The position numbers and the translations under genes are program-made. Of a stretch of 64,000 nt of DNA, positions 1-12,204 are shown piece after piece. Within the stretch, counting starts at the first letter, position 1. Every line of letters starts with the position of its first letter. The notes below the pieces were generated by a model. That model was given only the letters and a program-made list of their open reading frames with translations. It was not told where the DNA came from and did not search any database. Source of the DNA: Candidatus Levyibacteriota bacterium (GTDB lineage: Bacteria > Patescibacteriota > Microgenomatia > Levybacterales > UBA12049). The stretch is from the NCBI GenBank assembly GCA_029260905.1, contig JAJDCH010000016.1, positions 2,985 through 66,984 on the forward strand, read 5' to 3'.

Positions 1-49
1 AGATTACTCCTAATTGACTTTGTGATAAGAATATGATAATTTTGACTCG

Positions 50-1021
50 ATGATTAATGTTTCATATAACTTTTCACCCTATCTTCTGTCTCAACTGAAA
101 AAAATTCAGGATATAAATCGTGAAATTTTACTTTATCCACTTTCAGCCAAAACAGAACTTCGATTAAGATTTGTAGCTACCGTGAAAAGAATAAAATTAG
201 GATTGATGGAAGATGGATTGGAGATAACAGAGCGAGAAATAATAAATACCCTAAAAAATGCAATTTACATATCAGGAAGAAACTCAAAGCAAGATAAAAT
301 TTCAGAAAGACATGAGATTATTTTGTCTTATAAAAATGGACTTGATTATCTCAAAAGTAACTGGACCGTAACCAACGACTTAATTACTACAAAAGATATC
401 TTAAAGATACATAGTATATCTTCAAAACACAAATTGAAGATAAGTGAAAACGAATTAGGGAAGTTGCTAAAATATCTTGCTTCTTCAACCGATAGTCCGA
501 TTATTCAGTCAGCAATTGTGAAAATGGTAATTTTTGATTTTTTGAAAAGAGCAGGTAGCGAAAAAAAATTATCAAACATTGCGTCATATATTTTTCTACA
601 TAGAGAAGGCTTGGATTTTAGAGGGCAGTTGATTTTGGAGAGAATTTGGGTCAACGAAATGTCCAACTTTGAAGATCACTACAAAAGGTTTATCGTATCA
701 GGCAACATAACAAATTGGCTTGAGAATTTTTCTTATAAAATTGCAGAACAACTAAGTGAAGTGCTTGATTACATGAAGAAAGAAACTGAGAGTTTAAAGA
801 CCGATAGAAAACAGTCAAAATCAATCACTGATCTTACTGCAAGACAAATGCAGATAATCTCTCTTCTTGATGCCCCACAATCAGTGATAACTAATCGTGA
901 TGTGCAGAAATATTTTGGCATCTCACAAATAACTGCATCAAGAGATCTTGCCAAGATGAATATGCTTGGTCTTCTTCTTGTTCACGGAAAAGGCAGATCA
1001 GTAAGATATACTAAAGTATAG
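50..1021 (+). CDS. Hypothetical protein, possibly a Fic/DOC-like fold with a degenerate motif, carrying a C-terminal winged-helix DNA-binding domain
   Basis: 323-aa ORF. The C-terminal ~70 aa (LTARQMQIISLL...ITASRDLAKMNMLGLLLVHGKGRSVRYT) looks like the wHTH found at the C-terminus of Fic proteins. The central HREGLDFRGQ only loosely resembles the Fic HPFx[DE]GNGR motif. Confidence 0.3.
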   Translation: MINVSYNFSPYLLSQLKKIQDINREILLYPLSAKTELRLRFVATVKRIKLGLMEDGLEITEREIINTLKNAIYISGRNSKQDKISERHEIILSYKNGLDYLKSNWTVTNDLITTKDILKIHSISSKHKLKISENELGKLLKYLASSTDSPIIQSAIVKMVIFDFLKRAGSEKKLSNIASYIFLHREGLDFRGQLILERIWVNEMSNFEDHYKRFIVSGNITNWLENFSYKIAEQLSEVLDYMKKETESLKTDRKQSKSITDLTARQMQIISLLDAPQSVITNRDVQKYFGISQITASRDLAKMNMLGLLLVHGKGRSVRYTKV

Positions 1022-1032
1022 TTTGTATGTAT

Positions 1033-1293
1033 TTATTCTCCTGTGTCTATGCCAATGAGGATTTTTACTGAATCTTCTTCCACCTTCATGATTCCAGTTT
1101 CAACTGGCATGGTTATTTCTTTCTCTCCCTCCAAATGAATTGTTAGAACTTCTTTAATGATTGTTATGAAATTGCTGTGATAGGGTAGTACATCAAATTT
1201 CCCTTTTTGGTTCTTGGATGTGACTGCTAGCGCCTGTCCCTCAAAACTGGTTTTTTTTGGATCTTTGACTGAAACATTAAGTAAATTATTCAT
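1033..1293 (-). CDS. atpC: F-type ATP synthase epsilon subunit
   Basis: 86 aa, immediately downstream of atpD in the operon. GKFDVLPYHSNFIT resembles the epsilon beta-sandwich GxxGVLPGHAP region. Confidence 0.65.
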   Translation of the reverse strand: MNNLLNVSVKDPKKTSFEGQALAVTSKNQKGKFDVLPYHSNFITIIKEVLTIHLEGEKEITMPVETGIMKVEEDSVKILIGIDTGE

Positions 1294-1322
1294 CGTGATA
1301 GATACTAAAATGTAGGCTATTT

Positions 1323-3597
<2,275 letters not shown>

Positions 3598-3627
3598 AAT
3601 CTAGATGTATTTATTATTTATTATTTA

Positions 3628-5094
3628 TTATGTCGCCATTTTCATAATTTGTTCTTTTTTTTCTCCAACAACCCTTAAAAGATCATTAAAGGTTTCTACT
3701 TTTATAACTGATGATAAAAAATCATGATTTTGCTGATTTTGGTAGGCAATAAGAAGCTTGCTTCTGGTTTTTTCAATTTCATCAACTGTATTTATGACAT
3801 TTAGCCAAATTAACGATAAAACGATCAGATAAACTTCTTTGGGAAGAGTAAGTCCTGTATCCTGATTAAAAAAGAGTTGGATTTTTTCGCCAATCATAAA
3901 TGTTGCTTTTGCAGATGATGAAAGTTCTGACCCAAAATGAGACAGTGATTCCACTTTTTGATAAACAGAAAAAAGTGATGTGAGTTCGCGATTTATATTT
4001 TTCATTAACATGTCTTGTGTTTGTTTGCCAACACGGGTAACCGAAAGCGGAATATTGATCGCAGGACGTTGACCTTTTGCATAGACATTGCCATCAAAAA
4101 ATAAATGTCCATCAGTTATGCTCATTAGATTTGAAACAATATAGCCTGAGAGATCTGCTTCTTGGGTTTCAACAATCGGCAAGCAGGATATTGAAGTGTC
4201 TTGAATGCCTTTTTGCATTTTGAAGTTTCCTGCGCGTTCGAGAAGTTTTGCATGAATGTGAAAAATATTTCCAGGATATGAATCACGTCCTGGGAATGTT
4301 TCAGCAAGCAGTGAAAATTCTCTATAAAATTTGGCATGAGTCAGTAGATCATCCATCACAACTATCACATTTCTACCCTGGTCCCTGAAATATTCGGCAA
4401 GCGTCATGGCAGTATAGGGCGTCAAGTAGATAAGAGCAGGGGAGTCAAAAGCAGTTGTCGCGATGATTGTCATGTTTTTACGGATTTCAGGATCATCATA
4501 CATAAATGATTCAAGTGCTTTGATATCTGATTTTTTCTTACCAATTGCAGCAAAAATTGCGATCGAACCCTGTTGGATCTGATTTTTGATCACAGATAGG
4601 ACAAAAGAGCTTTTGCCTGTTTTTCTATCACCAAGAATGAGTTGTTTTTGTCCCTGACCAAGAGGGACGACAATATCGACAATCGACATTCCCGTATCAA
4701 GAGGTTTTGTAATTTTTGCTCTGTGCGCGATACTTGGCGGATCTGAGTCAATGATTCTTGCAGAATCAGTAGCTGGTGTTTCGTCTTTTGAGGATATTGG
4801 AGCACCAAAAGGATTAAGCATTTTTCCAAGCATTTGTTCGCCAGTTGGAATTACTAGGTTTTGGCCGATGCGACAGATTTTTGTACCTGTTTTAACAGCA
4901 GAAGGTGAAAAAAGCATGATCTTTGCAGTGTCTACTCCAAGACTTAACACTTGCCCCATTTCACCTGATTCAAAGACAACAACCTCATCAAGCTTGACAC
5001 TTGGTAGACCTATTGCTTCAATGATCGGGTATTTTATTTGTGTTACTTCACCATATTCTTTATATTTGTCGTAGTAATATTGATAGTTATTCAT
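3628..5094 (-). CDS. atpA: F-type ATP synthase alpha subunit
   Basis: 488 aa. P-loop GDRKTGKS and the alpha-subunit pattern. Confidence 0.95.
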   Translation of the reverse strand: MNNYQYYYDKYKEYGEVTQIKYPIIEAIGLPSVKLDEVVVFESGEMGQVLSLGVDTAKIMLFSPSAVKTGTKICRIGQNLVIPTGEQMLGKMLNPFGAPISSKDETPATDSARIIDSDPPSIAHRAKITKPLDTGMSIVDIVVPLGQGQKQLILGDRKTGKSSFVLSVIKNQIQQGSIAIFAAIGKKKSDIKALESFMYDDPEIRKNMTIIATTAFDSPALIYLTPYTAMTLAEYFRDQGRNVIVVMDDLLTHAKFYREFSLLAETFPGRDSYPGNIFHIHAKLLERAGNFKMQKGIQDTSISCLPIVETQEADLSGYIVSNLMSITDGHLFFDGNVYAKGQRPAINIPLSVTRVGKQTQDMLMKNINRELTSLFSVYQKVESLSHFGSELSSSAKATFMIGEKIQLFFNQDTGLTLPKEVYLIVLSLIWLNVINTVDEIEKTRSKLLIAYQNQQNHDFLSSVIKVETFNDLLRVVGEKKEQIMKMAT

Positions 5095-5103
5095 ATTTTT
5101 AGC

Positions 5104-5571
5104 TTAGAGCTGAACCTCTTCGAGTTTGCTTTTTAGAGAGTAGTCATTGGCTCGTCCACCAAAACTTACGATTCCTCCAGCAATCAATGATTCATCAATT
5201 GAAAGATCAAGAACAACAAGCTTTCCATAATTATTGATAAACCATTCATGAATACTTTTTACTGTTTCAATACTTGGGTCAATTGCAAGAATTAGATGGA
5301 CAACAGGGGTTTCTGAAATTGTTTTTTGAAGTTCCTGAAAAAAAGGTTCAAGGCTCACAACATCATTTAAATTGATGCCTGAATTCTCTGCTGTTTTTAA
5401 AATTGCTTTACCTTCCTCATATCCTGTGTTTTGTTCAATTACTGTTTTGGGCTCAAGTCCATTTTTAAAAATTTTTTCAGATAGGCTCTCAATTTTTACC
5501 AGCAACTCATTGATATCTGATTTGGAGTTAAGAAAATTTTGAAGCGGAGTCAGGTCGATAGTTTGTTTCAT
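5104..5571 (-). CDS. atpH: F-type ATP synthase delta (OSCP) subunit
   Basis: 155 aa. Position between atpF and atpA. Size and helical N-terminus fit delta. Confidence 0.65.
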   Translation of the reverse strand: MKQTIDLTPLQNFLNSKSDINELLVKIESLSEKIFKNGLEPKTVIEQNTGYEEGKAILKTAENSGINLNDVVSLEPFFQELQKTISETPVVHLILAIDPSIETVKSIHEWFINNYGKLVVLDLSIDESLIAGGIVSFGGRANDYSLKSKLEEVQL

Positions 5572-6254
5572 AATTTTAATATCTCGTCTTTTTTTGCATC
5601 TTCAAGGCTTTTTACGATTAATTCATGATGAAGAGTATCAGGTATACTTTTTTTTAGAACCTCAAGATATACTTTTTTGACCAAAGCGCTTGTTTGCGAA
5701 TCGATTTTATCGAGTTGGGATTTTCTGTATTCCTCAACATCTTTTTCGACTTGGTTCATAAGCTCTTTTCTTTTCTTTTCAATTATTTCTTGTGTTTTTG
5801 CGCTTCCACTTGAAAGCTCAGACGTAAATTCTTCAAGCGATTTCTGATAATTATTTTGTATATCTTGTATCATTTTCTGCATAGTTTGATACATTTCTTG
5901 TTTGGTTTTTTGAAGCTCTGATTCATAGTCTTTTTCAAAACCAGAAGTAGCACTTTTCATATTGTGTATTTGTTTTTCAGCAATTGATTGAAGAATTTTA
6001 TCTGTTTGAATTTCAATCTGTTCGTTGGTTTTTCTTGAATCATTCAATAAATTTGCAGCAGCTTTTCCAGTATCTGATAATAGGCTTTTTGCATGATCTT
6101 TTGCATCGCTCAGAACACTATCATAAGTTGATTTATCTTGATCTTTGGAGTGAATATATTTCTCCTCCCGTTTGAGAATAATATAGATAAAAATTGTTGC
6201 GCATATCAAGATGATAATAGCAATTAGCGATAGTAGTGTATTTGTTTCAATCAT
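5568..6254 (-). CDS. atpF: F-type ATP synthase b subunit with an extended coiled-coil
   Basis: 228 aa. Single N-terminal TM helix (LLSLIAIIILICATIFIYIIL) followed by a long charged coiled-coil. Start overlaps the atpH stop. Confidence 0.65.
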   Translation of the reverse strand: MIETNTLLSLIAIIILICATIFIYIILKREEKYIHSKDQDKSTYDSVLSDAKDHAKSLLSDTGKAAANLLNDSRKTNEQIEIQTDKILQSIAEKQIHNMKSATSGFEKDYESELQKTKQEMYQTMQKMIQDIQNNYQKSLEEFTSELSSGSAKTQEIIEKKRKELMNQVEKDVEEYRKSQLDKIDSQTSALVKKVYLEVLKKSIPDTLHHELIVKSLEDAKKDEILKL

Positions 6255-6265
6255 ATGTATATCTC

Positions 6266-7090
6266 TTATAATCTTAGCACAATATATGCAAGTCCAATAC
6301 CAACTATAATAACAATTATAATCAGGAAAACATTAAAAACAATTGAAAGTTGAATCATATGTCCAGCCAGCGGATTTCTACCAAGCGCTTCAATTCCTGT
6401 ATTGACAGCTTTTGCAAAAATAAGAAAACCCACTACAAATGAAGAGATGATGATTACTGTTGCTACAACATATCTAAGTACTGTTGATGGGTCTTCATAG
6501 CTGGCAATTGCGGTTAGATTAAGAATATTCTTAAAAGAATTTGAAGTGCTTGATCCAACTTGCTGAAAATGCAGATTAAGTGTCACAAGAACAAGATCGC
6601 TATCCTTTTCTGTTTTTGATTGAGAATCTGATAGAGCTTGCCCAAGGACAAAGCCCGACCTGTCTGCTTTCATTCCTGATCCAGGTATCTCAGAGGTTGT
6701 AATGAAATCGTCTTTTTTAATCTGTCCATTTATACCTGAAACTCGTACATAAACAGTTCCTACATTTACAACCGGTGTGCCTTCTTGACCTGATGTTTTG
6801 AGTGAAATCGCAGGATTTTTGGTTACAACGCCTACGACTTGTGGATCATAGGGTTTGTTGGCGAGAAAGTATCCATCATTTGAGGATATGATTATAGCTC
6901 CATCTTTTACGCTCTCTCCCTCAACTGGTAGATAGCTTGCAATCCCCACTGATGAGAGCTGGGCATGGGCATTACCGATAGGAAATATCAGCAATAAGCA
7001 ATAAGCAATAAGCAATAGGATAAGAGAAGATAACTTTTTAAAGCTAAAAGCTGATAACTGATAGCTGATTTTGGGCAGTAATTTTTTCAC
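6266..7090 (-). CDS. Secreted/membrane protein with a C-terminal two-helix hairpin that resembles the ATP synthase c subunit
   Basis: 274 aa. N-terminal signal peptide, a ~200-aa extracytoplasmic region, then a C-terminal hairpin whose loop (GIEALGRNPLAGH) matches the c-subunit RQP/RNP loop. It lacks the Gly-rich helix 1 and the helix-2 carboxylate. It occupies the position where atpE/atpB are normally found. Confidence 0.4.
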   Translation of the reverse strand: MKKLLPKISYQLSAFSFKKLSSLILLLIAYCLLLIFPIGNAHAQLSSVGIASYLPVEGESVKDGAIIISSNDGYFLANKPYDPQVVGVVTKNPAISLKTSGQEGTPVVNVGTVYVRVSGINGQIKKDDFITTSEIPGSGMKADRSGFVLGQALSDSQSKTEKDSDLVLVTLNLHFQQVGSSTSNSFKNILNLTAIASYEDPSTVLRYVVATVIIISSFVVGFLIFAKAVNTGIEALGRNPLAGHMIQLSIVFNVFLIIIVIIVGIGLAYIVLRL

Positions 7091-7437
7091 GACAGAAAAC
7101 CGCCTTTTGCAGGCTTAATTTAAGTCTGCCACAGGACAAGATTTTTGTAAAGGGTTTTTGTAATAAATAGCAGTTTGATTAAAGAGATTTTGTCTTGATT
7201 AAATTTATTAAAGTCTTTAGGCATTTATTACCGACTTCTTTTAGGTTTGGTGATATATTCTTTTCATGGTTGATCTTGTGCCAAATTGTGAGAGTTGTCC
7301 GTTTGTTGAAGCATTAATGGTTAATGCAACAAAGAAGAAGGTTTTGATTGGCAAAACTAAGGCGCATGGCTGCTATAGAAAAATAATCGGAACAGCTAAG
7401 TTTTTTTGCCAAAAGATAATTTAATATACCTTTTGAT

Positions 7438-8808
7438 CTATTTGAGTCCTATTGTGTAGAGGGTGGGGAGGACATTGAGATTGCCAAGATTTGTCAGGAT
7501 GACGAGCTTGGATCCATCAGTCCATGGGGCAACGAAGTTTTTGATAAATGGTCCTGCAAAAATTGTGGTCAGATTTGCTCCGTCATCCTCAACGATTTCT
7601 ATTTTTCTATCATTCACATAAATCAGATGATCTGAATCAGGAAACCAGGTAAAGGGATTTTCGATTGAGTCTTTTTCTTGACATATTTTTTCAGAAGCTT
7701 GAGCTGGGTCTTCCTCTTCAGGAACAGGTGTTTCGCTTACGCTTGGTGCGATTCCCGATCTGTTTGGCAAGCAAATAGGATTTGTAGTATCAATTATCCG
7801 AGTATTGAAATCTTCAGTTGTGTTATAGACATAAATCGCGTTTTCTGTGAGATCGCGTCTTTCATAAAGCCAGTTGTTTCCGATTCTTCTGGGAGTTGCA
7901 AATACAGGCATCTCAGCATTTGCGCTTGCCTGGTAAAGAATCTTTTTTTCATCAGGCGACCAGGAGATTATTTTGAAATTTTTCTTTGCATATTCACGGA
8001 CTTTAGGTTTAAGAGAATTTATTCTAGCCTCAAAAAGTTCTTGTTCAAGATTCTCCCAATCTTCTTTCAGTGTTGTTACAGTTGCTGTTATATCTCGAGG
8101 GGCATCATTGAATGATTCAATATTGAGTAAATATTCAGCAGGTCCAGCAACGCCGTTTGTTATGCTTGCAAGGATTTGCTTTCCATCAGGCGACCAGGTG
8201 ATTTTGGCTTGGGACAGATTGTCAACCGTATCATCAACGATTTGTGAGCCTGAGCCAGGGCCGGTAAGAATAGGAATTGCTCTGGGTTCCATTTTTAGTA
8301 CGTATATCCCGTTTTTCTTAATTCCTGATTCCGAAGCTATTCTAAATGCCAGTTTTGTACCTGATGGATCAACTGTAGCCTCTTCAACTCCAAGTGTTGA
8401 AATGCTTTGAAGAGTAGGCGCTTTGGGAAAGAGAAGCGCCTCAATATTGGCAACAACCTCTTCTTGAATTTGAACATCTTTATAGTAGGAATTGTAGCCA
8501 TCTTTTCCGATTGTGACTTTGTATTTTGTAGGAGTGAGATTAATGCTGTTGTTTGTGGCTGTTGTGAGGTGGTCATCGATCCAGACATTGGCGCCAGTTG
8601 GGATGCTTGTTAGGTGAAGAATTCCTGTTCGAGATACTGATGGTGTTCCTTGTTCGAGGCTAAGTCTAAACCCAGATCCATAAAGAACTGCGATAGCTGT
8701 TCCTGTCAGAAGAACTGCGAATACAAAAAGATATGTCAGGATCTGACGGCGAATTCTTTTTTTGGGCTTTGGTGTGTGATGATCTTTGATCTTAGTATCT
8801 TTCTCCAT
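7438..8808 (-). CDS. Membrane-anchored TolB-like (PD40/WD40-like) beta-propeller protein
   Basis: 456 aa. N-terminal TM helix. Repeated WSPDGKQIL / SWSPDEKKILY / WFPDSDHLIY motifs are typical of PD40 beta-propeller blades. Confidence 0.6.
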   Translation of the reverse strand: MEKDTKIKDHHTPKPKKRIRRQILTYLFVFAVLLTGTAIAVLYGSGFRLSLEQGTPSVSRTGILHLTSIPTGANVWIDDHLTTATNNSINLTPTKYKVTIGKDGYNSYYKDVQIQEEVVANIEALLFPKAPTLQSISTLGVEEATVDPSGTKLAFRIASESGIKKNGIYVLKMEPRAIPILTGPGSGSQIVDDTVDNLSQAKITWSPDGKQILASITNGVAGPAEYLLNIESFNDAPRDITATVTTLKEDWENLEQELFEARINSLKPKVREYAKKNFKIISWSPDEKKILYQASANAEMPVFATPRRIGNNWLYERRDLTENAIYVYNTTEDFNTRIIDTTNPICLPNRSGIAPSVSETPVPEEEDPAQASEKICQEKDSIENPFTWFPDSDHLIYVNDRKIEIVEDDGANLTTIFAGPFIKNFVAPWTDGSKLVILTNLGNLNVLPTLYTIGLK

Positions 8809-8924
8809 AAATACAATGTAGATTGATTATAGTCTCTCAAACAACCCCTTGCAACTACCACTACCACTTTCTATAATGGAATGAAGTGAGCCTAAAACAA
8901 AAATTGATATAGAAATGAAATGGT

Positions 8925-9968
8925 TTGATATATTTTAATTTTATGGATTTCAAATTTCCATCCACCAAAAGAATAGGGATAGATCTTGGGACAGCCAATA
9001 CTTTGGTTTATGTTGTCGGAGAGGGAATAGTGCTAAACGAACCATCAGTTGTAGCTGTTACTGCAGAGGAAAATAGAGTTGTTGCAGTTGGTCATGATGC
9101 CAAAAACATGCTTGGAAGAACGCCAGGTAATGTGGTTGCGCTTAGACCGCTTAGAGACGGTGTGATTGCGGATTACACTATAACTGAGGCTATGCTTTCC
9201 TATTTTATAGATAAAGTTTGTGGTAGAGCTAGGTTTTTCAAACCTGAAGTTATGGTTTGTATACCATCTGGTGTTACCCAGGTTGAAAGGCGAGCGGTTT
9301 TGGATGCGACTATGTCAGCTGGGGCGAAAATTGCATATCTTATTGATGAGCCACTCGCTGCAGCAATTGGTGCTAGAATTCCCATAGCCCAGGCTGAGGG
9401 ACACATGATAGTAAATATTGGTGGAGGCTCAACCGAATCTGCTGTTATTTCGCTTGGCGGAGTGGTGGTTCATAGTTCAGTTCGGGTCGCAGGAAATAAG
9501 ACTGATGAGGCAATTGCAGCCTATGCAAAGAGAAAGTTTAACCTTTTAATAGGTGAAACAACGAGCGAGACTATTAAAATTACAATTGGCAATGCAGTTG
9601 TTCCCACAGGAAAAGAGTTAAAAACAATGGAGGTGAGAGGGAGGGATAATATAACTGGACTACCACGAACTATTGTACTTGATGAAGCACAGGTCAATGA
9701 AGCAATTCTTCCATCTTTGTTGGAGATTATAAAGGGAGTAAAAGAGGTTCTTGAGCAGTGCCCGCCGGAGTTGGCATCAGATATTATTGATAAGGGAATT
9801 GTTATGTCGGGTGGATCCTCACTTCTTCGAAATATAGATAAGTTGATGACTGAAAAAACAGGCGTTCCATGTCATGTTGCAGAAGATGCGCTTCTCTGCG
9901 TTGCAAAGGGAACAGGTGTTGCGATGGAAAATATTGAGCTTTATAAGAGAAGTATAAATAAAAAATAA
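8925..9968 (+). CDS. mreB: Rod shape-determining actin homolog MreB (copy 1)
   Basis: 347 aa. IGIDLGTANTLVYV phosphate-1 motif and the MreB-family pattern throughout. Confidence 0.9.
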   Translation: MIYFNFMDFKFPSTKRIGIDLGTANTLVYVVGEGIVLNEPSVVAVTAEENRVVAVGHDAKNMLGRTPGNVVALRPLRDGVIADYTITEAMLSYFIDKVCGRARFFKPEVMVCIPSGVTQVERRAVLDATMSAGAKIAYLIDEPLAAAIGARIPIAQAEGHMIVNIGGGSTESAVISLGGVVVHSSVRVAGNKTDEAIAAYAKRKFNLLIGETTSETIKITIGNAVVPTGKELKTMEVRGRDNITGLPRTIVLDEAQVNEAILPSLLEIIKGVKEVLEQCPPELASDIIDKGIVMSGGSSLLRNIDKLMTEKTGVPCHVAEDALLCVAKGTGVAMENIELYKRSINKK

Positions 9969-10265
9969 TTTAGCAAAAAGGGTAAAAGTGTGAGGGTAAA
10001 GATTTTTTTCAAAAGTTTGGTTAATAAGTCTAAAATGACCTGTAGAAGTAAGTATTTATATTTCATTTTTGGATAAATGTAAGAAAAAAGTTTTTTATTT
10101 CACAAAATGTAAGAACTTAGAGAAGTAAATTTTAATTTTCTAAACGTATTAAACAATATTGAATCCAGACTATAATTTATGTGCGTGAATATTGCATAAT
10201 ATTTTTATACTAAAATTTAAATTTAGAGTAATCGATCATTCACTAAAAGCATTTTATAGTAATTT

Positions 10266-11039
10266 GTGAATATGTTAAATAAAACAAAATACTTTGGAAT
10301 AAACATTACTACAGATCCTCAGAAAAATATCTTGGAGTATGTGATAAAATCAATTAAGAACAGGGATAAATTTTACATTGTCACCCCAAATCCCGAATTA
10401 GTTGTAATTGCAACACATGACAAGGAATATAGAGATGTCTTAAATCAGGCACGAATTTCACTCCCTGATGGTGCAGGACTAGTGATAGCAAGTGGAATTA
10501 TGGGTAATCCTATCCAAGAACGAATAACCGGGGTTGATTTTATGCAAGATCTCTGTAAAGAGGCATCTGAAAATGCCTTGTCCATAGGCTTACTTGGTGC
10601 AGGATCGGGAATAGCAGAAAGAGCAGCTGAGTGCTTGAAAAAATCATATCCTAATCTTAAAATTTCTTATATTTCAGAAGAATGGGGTGGAATAAAAAAT
10701 GGCAAATGGCAAATAGCAAATGGCAAAAATAAGTCAGATGCCATAAGTCATAAGCAAGACACCGATGTCATAGATATCCTCTTCGTTGCTTTTGGTTCTC
10801 CCAAGCAGGAGAAGTGGATTTATGAAAATCTGGATAAATTACCAATCAGGGTTGCTATGGGAGTAGGGGGGGCGTTTGATTTTATATCTGGAAATGTTCG
10901 TCGTGCGCCTTTCTTGATTAGATTTTTGGGTTTTGAATGGTTGTATCGTCTGATTCGTGAGCCTTGGCGTTTTCGTCGCCAACTCGCCCTTTTGGAGTTT
11001 GTAAAGATAGTTTTTAGGGAGAGGTTTGGGAAAAAATAG
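10266..11039 (+). CDS. WecB/TagA/CpsF-family glycosyltransferase (N-acetylmannosaminyltransferase-like)
   Basis: 257 aa. ILFVAFGSPKQEKWI...RVAMGVGGAFDFISGNVRRAP...LGFEWLYRL is the family signature. It carries an internal 7-mer tandem repeat that encodes NGKWQIANGKN. Confidence 0.8.
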   Translation: MNMLNKTKYFGINITTDPQKNILEYVIKSIKNRDKFYIVTPNPELVVIATHDKEYRDVLNQARISLPDGAGLVIASGIMGNPIQERITGVDFMQDLCKEASENALSIGLLGAGSGIAERAAECLKKSYPNLKISYISEEWGGIKNGKWQIANGKNKSDAISHKQDTDVIDILFVAFGSPKQEKWIYENLDKLPIRVAMGVGGAFDFISGNVRRAPFLIRFLGFEWLYRLIREPWRFRRQLALLEFVKIVFRERFGKK

Positions 11040-11053
11040 TAATATGTTTGTTC

Positions 11054-12124
11054 TTACTTCATAAGACCCAGTGCTCCTTTAATAGAGCTATCTGGGATTT
11101 TTTTGAAGCTGATTTTGTTTTTGGGTACTCCAATTTCTTTAAGTTTTTTCTCCATGTTTTCTTGATAATTCCAACCATTCCAAAAAAGTGAACCCTCTGT
11201 GATGAGAGTTAGCTCTTCAGACTTATTTAGAAATTCATAAATAGCTGAAATTGTAGAAGCAACCAGGCTTGCTGATCTTGTTAATATTTCTCTAGCTAGA
11301 TCTCCTGATTTTGTTTTGTCATCATAAGCCAACTGACTCATTGATTTACTGTTTGATATGTTTTGTATATTCAAACCATATCTTTCTACAACAAAATTGT
11401 AGATTAGCCAGAGGTAGTTTCCTGAGAGCATTTTTTCAAATCTATTTATACCTTTGTTTTCTGATTTGCTGTCGATTTCTTCAAGTATCTTATCAGATTC
11501 AAATTTATCGAAATTGCCAGCCTCGAGGTTAATGATATGTGTTTTGTGCTCATTGATTATTCTGAGACTGATGTTAAACCCACTGCCAAGAACCATCCCG
11601 CCTGATTCCTGACCTGATCCAGAAAGCGCGAGACAAATCGTGTCGTTGGCAACTGATACAGGGATTTCTTTTTCAAATTTAGCAAAGTATGTTTTTTTGA
11701 CAAATTCTCCGAGGTTTTGACCAACCAATCCTTTAAAAGCGTGTTCCTTGGTACCGTTTATGAGCCTGCCGTCTAAGAGATTGTCTTCGTTTATGATTGG
11801 GGAGATGGGATAGGCAAAATTAAGAGCAAGAGCGCTAATATCAGGTTCAAAAACCGATAATAGAAATTTTTCAAAATCGGTTGCGGTATTAAAAATAGGA
11901 AGCGATCCCTGGGTTCTTTTGGTAAGGTTGCCATCAGTAGGAGTTGCAGATACGAAGTTGCTTCCGCCTACTACAATTGCTTGAAAAGGGTTTTTTTCGG
12001 TTGTTTTATTTGGAAGTTCGTTTTTGATGAAAGAGACAGAGCTATCTTTACCTTTTGATGCAGCAGTTAATTCGTTTAGAAATGAAGTCTTAATTTTTTG
12101 GTAATCAGGCGTATCTAGAATCAT
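11054..12124 (-). CDS. Hexokinase-family sugar kinase
   Basis: 356 aa. AIVVGGSNFVSA resembles the hexokinase LDLGGTNFRV phosphate-1 motif. NDTICLAL and MVLGSGFNIS resemble the hexokinase connect and phosphate-2 motifs. Confidence 0.5.
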   Translation of the reverse strand: MILDTPDYQKIKTSFLNELTAASKGKDSSVSFIKNELPNKTTEKNPFQAIVVGGSNFVSATPTDGNLTKRTQGSLPIFNTATDFEKFLLSVFEPDISALALNFAYPISPIINEDNLLDGRLINGTKEHAFKGLVGQNLGEFVKKTYFAKFEKEIPVSVANDTICLALSGSGQESGGMVLGSGFNISLRIINEHKTHIINLEAGNFDKFESDKILEEIDSKSENKGINRFEKMLSGNYLWLIYNFVVERYGLNIQNISNSKSMSQLAYDDKTKSGDLAREILTRSASLVASTISAIYEFLNKSEELTLITEGSLFWNGWNYQENMEKKLKEIGVPKNKISFKKIPDSSIKGALGLMK

Positions 12125-12204
12125 ATAACTTATAATTAACCATTTAGAAATTTAGCAATATTGTTACTTTACAGACCTTAAAAACTTTATGAACTAAAAT
12201 GAGT

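Noticed and set aside
6991-7018. Possible CRISPR array suggested by short tandem repeats
   Set aside because: The units are 7 nt with no spacers and lie inside ORFs. There is no repeat-spacer architecture and no cas genes (the Cas2-fold domain at 56279 is a PaaX_C-type fusion, not a CRISPR cas2).
7678-8410. Two 145-aa plus-strand ORFs (7678..8115, 7973..8410)
   Set aside because: Antisense to the TolB-like beta-propeller gene. Cys- and Phe-rich shadow frames with no motif.
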